NCBI GenBank assembly: GCA_964252035.1
Contig: OZ176202.1
Source of the DNA: Podarcis erhardii
Taxonomy: Eukaryota
DNA length: 63,857 bases
Strand: one strand, 5' to 3'
In this document: positions 55,120-63,857 of the stretch, piece after piece
Position numbering within the stretch: position 1 is the stretch's first letter
Layout of the letters: each line of letters begins with the position of its first letter
Translations under genes and position numbers: made by a program
Notes under the pieces: generated by a model
What the model was told of the DNA's origin: nothing
Database searches by the model: none
What the model saw: the letters and a program-made list of their open reading frames with translations, nothing else

Positions 55120-55462
55120 AACCATGATGTGATCACCTGCTCCCTTATATTCCAGGCCGATCACTGTGGTCTTTGTGTGAGTCACTGTTGGTGGTCCTCT
55201 ATGGCTCATGCTCACCAGGAGCTGTGTGCTCAGTGATATGGGACCATTTCTATGGAACTCCCTCCCAGCTAAAATCAGATGAGACACCACTCATTTGAAC
55301 TTTCAGTCCTTGGTGAAGATTTCAACAGGCACTTTAAGCATTTTTTTCTGATTTCATGGTTAATTTTAATTGATTTTATCTTTATCGTATAATCTGTAAC
55401 ATTACTGTACATCACTTAGAGACTTAGGGTGTTGGTATATAAATTGTTGAAATAAAATAAAA
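55120..55462 (+). mobile_element. Decayed L2 3' remnant
   Basis: ccatttctatggaactccctccc...gtacatcacttagagac...aaataaaataaaa resembles the L2 ORF2 end and tail. Confidence 0.5.
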
Positions 55463-56659
55463 CAACTCCAAACCATGGAATTAAGAGCTGCTTGTCTGTT
55501 CAGCATTCCCATCTCTGGCTACAGTGATCTCAAGAGGCAAAGCAATGACCATTACCATTTGTTTATCACAAATTATGCCTTGCTATAATATCTGGCCGAA
55601 TAATAATAATAAAACCCTGGAAACAACTGCTTAGGCAGATGTGTTTCAGCAGGAGAAATTCTTCTTCTGAGGCTGTTTTTGACATGCAGGTCTGGACTAA
55701 TTTTGATCTGATTTCTTCAAGCTCTCTAATTCTGTTGGAGTCTTGAAATTTTATCAGAGTGCTGGTAACATTTATGAAGAGTTAATATAGCACAGTGATT
55801 GCAAGCATGAGCTATGACCTGGGAAGTCCCAGCTCAAATTTCAGCTCAACTATGAATTCACTGGGTAGGGGTGAGCATAACAGCAAGCCTTCTGGATCAA
55901 ACCAAAAGACCCATAAACTGCAGTATCATGTTTTCCACAGAGGCCAAGCAGATGCTCCATGAAATACAGAAGAAATGCATGAAACAACAGCCACTCCCCC
56001 ATTCTTGTTTCTCAGCATCTGGTATTCAGTGGCAAAATACCTTTGAATATGGAAATCTTAAGAATAACACTCAAAATCAGATTGTACTATACTAATGTCA
56101 GTAGTATGTATACCTTACAGGATTGTAGTAAGCAGGGTGGGGGATTTGCTTGTTTTAAAAAGACTTTAATATTTCAATTATTTTCAGTGGGTGGGATTCA
56201 ACTTATGAATCCCATCAGCGGAAATCATCCACCTTCCTCGCTCCCTGAAATTGTCTCAAGTGGGATCTTGAGAACTCATGGAACAGCACACCGGGGGGGG
56301 GGGGGCGATTGGTCTGTCAGGCAAGCCAAAATGCTTGTCCTGACGGAATGAGAACATTAGAACAACACTGAATTCCTCCAGTATTTTCTTTTTAAAAAGA
56401 GAATTAGTATTTAATACACATATATATCAAACAATAAACATAAAAGTGAAACATGAATCATAGCTATCTATTAAACACCATGTTAACAGTGAGAGAACCA
56501 TTTGGGGATCTAACTTCTAAGATTATAAATGACACTATAATTAATGTATTATATTTATAACTGTAGGCTTCTTATAGGACTGAGAGACTAGAAAATCACC
56601 AGTGTCCAGGGTCCAAGAGACACCATCCTGTATCTTACTAAAACCACTGTTTGGGGATG

Positions 56660-57230
56660 ATAATGGGCTAGATGAGGACCAATAAAGTGAAGCTGGGTGC
56701 AAATAAGGCAGAGGCTCTGTTGGTGAGGAGCTGACAAGTTCCTCTGATTGGTAGACTGGCTGTTCTGGATGAGAATGCACTCCCCTTGAAACATCTGCAT
56801 AGTCTGGGAGTATTTCTGGATCCATCTTTGTCACTGGGCGCTCAAGGGGCCAGATGGACGTCCAACAACGATTCTTGGACCGGGAAAGTCTTGCCACAAG
56901 ATTCATGCCCTGGTAAACTTATGCCTTTTAGCGTCATATATTACACCTATAATCTGTGATCTGCATGCCACCCATTCATTTTTGAGTCACATATAAGGTG
57001 CCGTGATTTACTTTTAAAACCCTAAATGGCTTGGAGGACAAATACTTGTCAGAAGAGTTTTGTCTTTCCTGGCATTTGCCAGTCTTGCTATCTGAGGGTG
57101 ATCTTAGGTTCTGCCAATGGGTAAAGTCTAAGGGTGGGTGATTTCTCAGCTGTAGTACCCTGCCTGTGGAATTCCCTGCCTTTGCAAGCCTCTTTTGCTT
57201 TCTATGACCCTCCAAGGTTTGAGCAACTCA
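56660..57230 (+). mobile_element. Decayed L2 ORF2 remnant
   Basis: ctccccttgaa...agtctgggagtatttctggat..., ttttaaaaccctaaatggcttgg and cctgcctgtggaattccctgcc parallel segments of the 15.8-17.0 kb L2. Confidence 0.6.
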
Positions 57231-57513
57231 GTTACTGGCAAACATATTTTCTAACCACCTCACCCCTCTATGACATTAGGAAAGCTTCAACAGAGGCTTC
57301 ATCATCAACACTGCAAACAAACCTTTGGGTATAGTCTAAATTACTAATACACAGTACGGATTCTTAGTTTTAAGTACTTGTTCATTGAAAGGCAAATGTA
57401 AGACCTGTCACTCAAAACACATTAATACTCAAGCACTGGGCCTTGATTTGAGCCAATCAGAACCTACTTACAAGTATAAAATGCTATTTACCACAAACAT
57501 ATATTAAGAATAG

Positions 57514-57735
57514 TACAGTGGTACCTCGGGTTAAGTACTTAATTGGTTCCGGAGGTCCGTACTTAACCTGAAACTATTCTTAACCTGAAGCACCACTTTA
57601 GCTAATGGGGCCTCCTGCTGCCGCCGGAGCACGATTTCTGTTCTCATCCTGAAGCAAAGTTCTTAACCTGAAGCACTATTTTTGGGTTAGCGGAGTCTGT
57701 AACCTGAAGCGTATGTAACCCGAGGTACCACTGTA
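57514..57735 (-). mobile_element. Tc1/mariner MITE, copy 4 (orientation B)
   Basis: TA|CAGTGGTACCTCGGGTTA ... TAACCCGAGGTACCACTG|TA; its reverse complement is colinear with the 4479 copy. Confidence 0.87.
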
Positions 57736-59306
57736 ATAGTTGTGATAGTCATGAAGGTAGAATTTAAAAAAGGGATACAGATATCAGCCTTTTTAGTGTG
57801 GAGCTGCTCTCTACCATTCTCCGAGACAAAAATGGGAATATGTAAAGTCACACAGGCATTTAAATAAAAGAAGTACAGCAGAGACAAGGTGATAAGGTTA
57901 ATATATAAAGTGTAAAGGAAAGGGAGGAAAGAAAATGACAACATTGTTTGTGCACATTGTAGGAAATTAGGGAGCTCCAGATCTCAAAACAGAACAAGAG
58001 CTTCAAAATCATTTAGCTAAAACAAAGATTTATGCTAATTACACTATATTTACAGACATTCTCTCTACCCCTCAAAAAAAGGAGACTTTATGAACTATGA
58101 GACCTTTTAAAGTTCCATGAAGATGAAGTATTCTAAAGTAAGAGACTACTAGTGAGAAAGTGAAGCAGCTGCTATTCTATCAGCACCCATGGTACAAATT
58201 ATTCAACCACTGTTGAATTTTGTTGCTGGACCACACACACCAGTCTGGCCAGAGTGTCCAAAACAACAACCAAGTTGTTTAACAGATGTATATAAATAAT
58301 CTTATGTTAAATATAATTCATTGCCTTAGAATACCCTTTTCAAGTGCAGAGTAGTACCAATGTGATACACCAGATCGGCACAATCCTAGTCATAGTTTAG
58401 GAACTTGAGTGCATTGCTTCAAATAAATATTTTATTAAGAATATCTTTTGCACTTAATGAATGTGAAAACAACTGAATCCAAGGGATTCCATTTTAGATA
58501 ACACATTGTCTGGTTGCTCTGAAGTTCTGTTTTGTTTTTATCAGCATATTGTACTTGCTTTGGTTATACACAATATTGTTGGAAGCACTTGCTTAAAATT
58601 TGTTTAAAAGCTAACAAGTAGCTCAAACAGCAACTTATTTACAATTCAATGACTGCATGCAAGTATCATATTCTGAACAGTTACAGCCCATTTTTAATGT
58701 ATTTAACAATTTCCTGATCAGATGCTGAAGCAACATCATGCCTGATCCTGGAGACTAACTAGATTAAGTGAATCATAAATGCACCAGAACACAATTTTGA
58801 GCAGAAACACTCCTCTTCCCTTCCCCATTTCTAGCATCAGGCTCCAAGCAATGAGTGGATGAGATCACAAAAGAAGGCTCATCTGTAGAGCTGTCATATG
58901 GTTTTCAGTCCAGTCAGCTTCCTCTTTCACAAAAAACTGAATATTTGAAAACCAGGCTAAGATTTTTATTGCCTTTGTAACCAATCCATTTCACTTCCAA
59001 GAAAGCTGCTATGACTACACATATCTCACTCGTGCACAAAATGAATGACTTGCAATGATGCCTTCGACAAAAGGCCGTTACTTTCCGGTCTGTTTAGTTT
59101 TCGAGAAGCCATATGCATTTCCCTAGGGATCCTTTTCATACACAGAAGACCACAACGGAAACGAATTCACAAAACAATTATCAGAAGGAACATCAGCAGA
59201 AGGGAGGGGGGAGAAAATGTGCATAGAAATGTAAATCCATGCCTCGTTTTAGATAAAGGCTGCTTACAATCAGAGCTGCATGCCAGGCTGAAAAAGAGAA
59301 GCTTCA

Positions 59307-59364
59307 AATTATTATTATTATTACTAATAATTATTAGTATTAGTATTACTACTACTACTACTAT
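59307..59364. repeat. (TTA)n/(CTA)n compound microsatellite
   Basis: Seen directly. Confidence 0.85.
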
Positions 59365-60075
59365 TGCACACAAACGCCTTTTCTATTTATCGGCCAGATG
59401 GTTTTTGTCGTTGTTGTCGTTTCCTAAACGAGGGCCCGTAAAACGAATCGGAAGCAAATGGACAGATGAGAATCCACAGTGGAAAGGGAGGGAGGGGGGA
59501 GAGAGAGAAAGAAGGAAACCGATCCCAGAAGAAAAGGCACAAAGCAAAGAAGCTGCACTCACGCCCCTTCTAGACATGTTTTCCACGCAGAAGCGTATGC
59601 GAGCTGACGAGAGGAGAAGGGGCTCGAAGCCTCCACCCCACTGGAGAGAGCGCCCGGGGGGAAGGTTTGTTATCTTGCAGGAGGAAGGGGAGGAAAGAGG
59701 AAACGGTGGTTTTAGTAGCTCCATCTGTATCCAATCTGGGCCATTGCAACCCCCACCCCTCGCCTCCGTGCAAGAGCCGCAGCCTCCTCTGTGGAGTGAG
59801 TCCCAGAGGGACAATGCTCAGCGGGCAGGAATAGCAGAAAGCATTGGAAGAAGGGCTCGGAAAAGAGCCCGTGTCACTGAGGGGCATGCGAGGCACCCGC
59901 CTCCCCTGAGGAGGAGGGCGAGGGCAGCAGGCGGAGCGGGAGGCATACAAGGCGCCGCATTTAGGGCTCCATCCCCGGCCGGGGGAAGGGAAGGCGCCGC
60001 GGCGCTCGGGCGGAGGGGTCCCCCCGCCCGCAGCATCACTCACCCCGCTTGGGAAAGGCAAAAGCGCTGGCTCAC

Positions 60076-60330
60076 AGGCCCACCATCTTCTCCACAGAGA
60101 GGAGGACGCGGAGGGAGGAGGAGGAGGAGGAGGGGAAGGGCGCTCGCGGACTCCCCGCCTCTCAGTGCCGCTCTGGCTGTGTAAGCAACCGCTCGAACGT
60201 TATTCCCAGCATATAGCGGCTAACGGCGCGGAACAGGGGGAAGCTATTGCGCAGGCGCCGCCTCAGCTCGCCAGCGCGGAGAGAGAGCGAGAGAGGAGGA
60301 GGGAGGAGGGGGGAGGGGAAATGAAAAGAA
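60076..60330 (-). other. CEP170: Candidate non-coding first exon of CEP170
   Basis: Lies in the CpG island with donor-like CCT|GTGAGC at 60076/60075 (alternative ATG|GTGGGC at 60084/60083) and a pyrimidine-rich 5' part. The TSS is not determinable from sequence. Confidence 0.5.
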
Positions 60331-61247
60331 TGGATTTGCAGCGCCTCAGAACGGAACCACTGCGCATGCGCGCTTCCCAGCGAGCAGGCTCGCACTGCGC
60401 AGGCGTCCTGTTCCAGACAATGGGGATAATAATAATAATAATAATTGATAATAATAGTCTCCTCTCCATTGGGAAATAGAAATGTAGAGTTTGGAGGATA
60501 CGTTAATGAGACGAGAAACATCATATTTTGCCCTGTGCGATCGCTGCACACGCCTTGCTTCTGCGGTGGGCGTGAGCGAAGAGTAAAAAACGCGCCCGAG
60601 CGCGCGGTTGGGTTGAGGGGGGGGTGTATTGTGCGCACGACCTCAAACGAGGATGAACGCAGCTATTGTGGTACCGCTGGCAGCCACAGACGTATTGTTC
60701 TACGTTGTTGTGGTGCGAAACAACTACAACTCCCAGAAGCACCTGCGGCAAAGCCTTGTGGGCGTAACGCCATAGTAATGGCGCGTTGCATGCCGGGCAG
60801 GGGGGGCTGGAACGCTTTCTGCTTCTTTAGCGCCGCGCGAGGCGGCGGGGCTTCCCGTCTGCCTCAGGGGGAGATGTCGTTTCCGCCTTTCGCCAGCTTC
60901 GTGGCCGGCCTGGGCAGCGCCTCCTCGCCCTCCTCCTCCGTCACCAAGCGGGACCTAGAAAAAGACCGTTGCTTGGTTGTCTAGCAACGAGCTTCCTCGT
61001 GAGAGGCGTCGGAAGCGCGCCGCTCCCCATCCTGGGAGTTGTAGTCCCTCCGCGTTCAGCTTTCCCATACTGTTGAGCGGTAGTAGGAGCAAGGCTGGAC
61101 TACAGCGACCGAGAGCCACCGGGGAAAGCCTAGAAAAAGGTTTCCCTCACGCGCCTCCCAATGCAGGAGTCTGTCGGAGCCACGGAAAGAGCGGCGGCGT
61201 GTAGCCCGAGACCCGACTGGGGAAGCTCGCCGAGTTACTCTCCCTCC

Positions 61248-61314
61248 ATGAGGGAGGCCGGAGGGGAGTCGGGCTTGGCGGAGTCTCTGGAGCGGTGTCA
61301 GCAAAGCCTGCACG
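61248..61314 (+). CDS. SDCCAG8: SDCCAG8 first coding exon (MREAGGESGLAESLERCQQSLH+G)
   Basis: 22 codons plus 1 nt, ending CAC G|GTGAGA. It resembles human MAKSPENSTLEEILGQYQRSLR(E) in length, phase and the L..SL...Q.SL pattern as I recall. SDCCAG8 is the known head-to-head neighbour of CEP170. Confidence 0.75.
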
Positions 61315-61834
61315 GTGAGAGAGCGAGAGGCGGGAAGGCAGGTTTGGCTCGCGGGTCCTCCTTTCAGACCCCCCCCCATGAACTCCTGTCGCCCCCCTCA
61401 GTGCTGCTCAGCACCGACAGATGCGCCTTGCAGCGCTTTAGGGATGCGTCTTTAGAAATGTGCACCAAGCCAAGCCCGTAGAACTGTGTGCATCAGGCTG
61501 AAAAAAGTAGCGGATTCGCCAAAACTGCAACTGCCAGCTGTCGGGTATTTGGTCTGCCTTGGGTTCACTGGTGCATTTTGTTTTTTGTTTTGTTTTTTAT
61601 CGAGGTGACACCTCTTCCCACTCTGTATACTCCATATCCTGACCCCTCTGCCCTTATGTGAGACTCTCCCATGTCCTGGAGGCTCCTTAAAGGCTCTTCA
61701 GGGTCTCCCTTCTGATAAATGCCTTTTTATTGAGGAAGGTTATTGGTGGTTGCTGTGCAAGTTGCACCCACTCTTCAATGAAACTGATTTTCTTAATTCT
61801 TTTTTGGTCTGGCTTTGACACAGATAGTTCAGTA

Positions 61835-62030
61835 GGAGGTGTGTGACCTGCTGATTCTCCTGAACCTCTGTCCTGCTTTTGATACCACTGACAATGGTGG
61901 CTTATACAGGCTGACCAGATTGGGAATTGGGAGGCAACAAGTGGTGGTGGTTCCCTTCAGAAGTTTTGCTCCTGCTTGGATGATTTCAGTAGATGGACTG
62001 CAAGTGGGAGCCAACTGCTTGACTTCATTA
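61835..62030 (+). mobile_element. Decayed L2 RT remnant
   Basis: LLILLNLCPAFDTTDNG parallels LVLLDLSAAFDTIDH; probably continues at about 62760-63200. Confidence 0.55.
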
Positions 62031-63857
62031 TATTAATGTTGTCCCCCCCTCCCTGCCCCACACACTATTTAACATCTAAATTCAACCACTGAATGAGGTC
62101 ATCTGTACCATCTGTACAGTATGACATCATCTCTGTTCTCTTTATCACACCCAAGTGATACACAGGAAGTATTGAATGTTTGGAACCAAAAGTCAACCAG
62201 GAAGGTGGTGTTCAATCTGTTTGGATAGTGTTGCACTTCCTCTAAATGAGTGGTCCCAAACTGTTTCCCCCACGGATTACTTGAAGAATTGCTGAAGGTT
62301 TTTCCCTGCATGTTATAGCAGTTGTAATCTCCTATGTTAGATACAGTAGGATTTTAAACTGTAATATGCTACTCCAATTTATGAGCAGTATGAGATTCCA
62401 GGGTCTGTGTCATTATGATATGTGGTTTATTTACACACATACAGAACCTGAGCCTATGATGCAGGGGATCAAAGCACCCTAAAAGGGCTTTGCTTCTCAT
62501 AGCTGTGGCTTTAGATTCAAACAGAAATCAAGAATTGCATTTGAGTACCCTTGCTGTAAAAGAGCAGGTTTACTACTTAGGGTACCAGTAGATCCACTGT
62601 TTGAACTGGAGATGCCAATGGCATCTGTGGTACACCAATTTTGCTTGGTGCATCAGTTGTGATCCTTTCTTGTAACCTCTTCACTGAACTATCACAATGC
62701 AATTATGCAAGGCTAACTGGAACTGAGTTTGAGGAACATACTGTGCTGATGCTTAAATAGCTGTGCTGGTAACTGGTCCCATTATTTAAAAGTTCATACT
62801 ATTACCCATAAACCCTTAAATGGCTTGAGGTCTCACTACTTGAAGGGCTGGCTTTTTTGACATGAACTTGGCTTAATATTTTGTTCATTAGCAAAAACTT
62901 CCTGCCATCTAAAGTTAGGTGGATGATGACTGGCGGGGAGGATATGTTTTGTAGTGACTTCTATTTGCAATGCTGTCCCTAGGGAAGCTCATCTAATACC
63001 ATCTTTGATGTCTGTGATGATTTTTTTAAAAATCTGCCCAGGCCTTTTAGTATGTTGTAAAGTAAGTGTCAGTACTATCTTTATAGCACTATTGAATTTT
63101 ATTGCTGTCTATGCTTTCAATGTTTTTATGTGGAATTTTTGTTGTATTTATTGTTCTTAAATTGAATACCCCAACTAGAGTCTTGCACTGATAGATAGTT
63201 TATAAATTAAGTTTTAAAAAGTGTTCAATGTTCCCCCTTTGACCACTGTCACCAGATCTGCTATGCTTCTGGGGTGACCTTTTGTCAAAAGATTTGGAAA
63301 TGACAGTTCATTTATTTTGTTTTTAGGCAAAAGTTCATCTAATTAAGCTACAGGAACATGAGGTTGTAAAAAAGTAATGCTAACTTAGAATGAGGTACTT
63401 GGCAAGGCTGCCTGCTATGTCCACTGCTGTTTGCACTCTTTCTGGAACCCTTAGCTAATCTCATATGAAATAATAATCACATGTCTTAGTATCAAGTATG
63501 GCACTGAAGAGTTCAAAATTGCACTTTATGCTGATGACAGCAGTGATGGAATTTTCATTCACTGACCTTTGTGAGTGTTTTTAGCACCCTCAGTGAATCC
63601 AATTATAAGTAACCCCAACCCAAAAAAGCGCACATTTTCTTATATAAGCAGAAAACAAAGGCCATGCAGAGTAGACACTCAGAAGTACCTAAGACATACC
63701 ACCAACAAGAAAATAAGTTTCTTTTTTTTTGCAAGTGCACAGCACAACTGTTGGAGGCTGCTCCTCAGGTCTGGCACTGCGATTGTTGATTTCCTGTTCC
63801 AATTCCCACTTGTTCCTGCAACACTGCTAATGACTTCCACAGTAGAGGAACCACTGG

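Larger units (their letters stand above)
59620..61450. promoter_or_regulatory. CpG island / bidirectional promoter of CEP170 (-) and SDCCAG8 (+)
   Basis: Abrupt rise in GC and CpG between divergent first exons. NRF1-type TGCGCATGCGC at 60361 and TGCGCAGGCG at 60248 and 60396; ACTACAACTCCCA at 60723 and inverted at 61033; X-box-like GTTGTCTAGCAAC at 60976. Confidence 0.88.

Noticed and set aside
59045-60984. Long ORFs over the CpG island (379, 163, 158 and 179 aa, and others)
   Set aside because: They have low-complexity Arg/Gly/Pro/Ala content, run through microsatellites and overlap on both strands, which is typical of stop-poor GC-rich promoter DNA.
63320-63350. ttttgtttttAG|gc as the acceptor of SDCCAG8 exon 2
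   Set aside because: In the required phase it reads G K S S S N stop, with no similarity to the expected second exon, which probably lies beyond the window.

Overview
Vertebrate (squamate, probably lizard) genomic DNA, inferred from Sauria-SINE, Squam3-like SINE, CR1/L2 and hAT/Tc1-mariner MITE content. Most of the window is the 5' portion of CEP170 on the minus strand. It runs from a CpG-island leader exon near 60.1-60.3 kb through 13 coding segments, including the N-terminal FHA domain, a 1851-nt exon and an exon cut by a 165-N gap, and it leaves the window at base 1. Head-to-head with it on the plus strand is the first coding exon of SDCCAG8 (61248-61314). Four features are most notable. 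(1) A U12-type AT-AC intron lies inside the FHA-coding region, with in-frame bypass routes and a stop codon four codons into the retained intron. (2) A 165-nt in-frame exitron sits inside a CEP170 exon. (3) Short uORFs form with each candidate leader exon. (4) A bidirectional promoter carries NRF1, ACTACA/ZNF143-type and RFX X-box-like motifs, and its ACTACA 13-mer also occurs in an intronic hAT MITE. I found no evidence of a wholly new gene system. The novelty is in RNA processing and regulation. Homology calls rest on my recollection of the vertebrate proteins, not on a database search.
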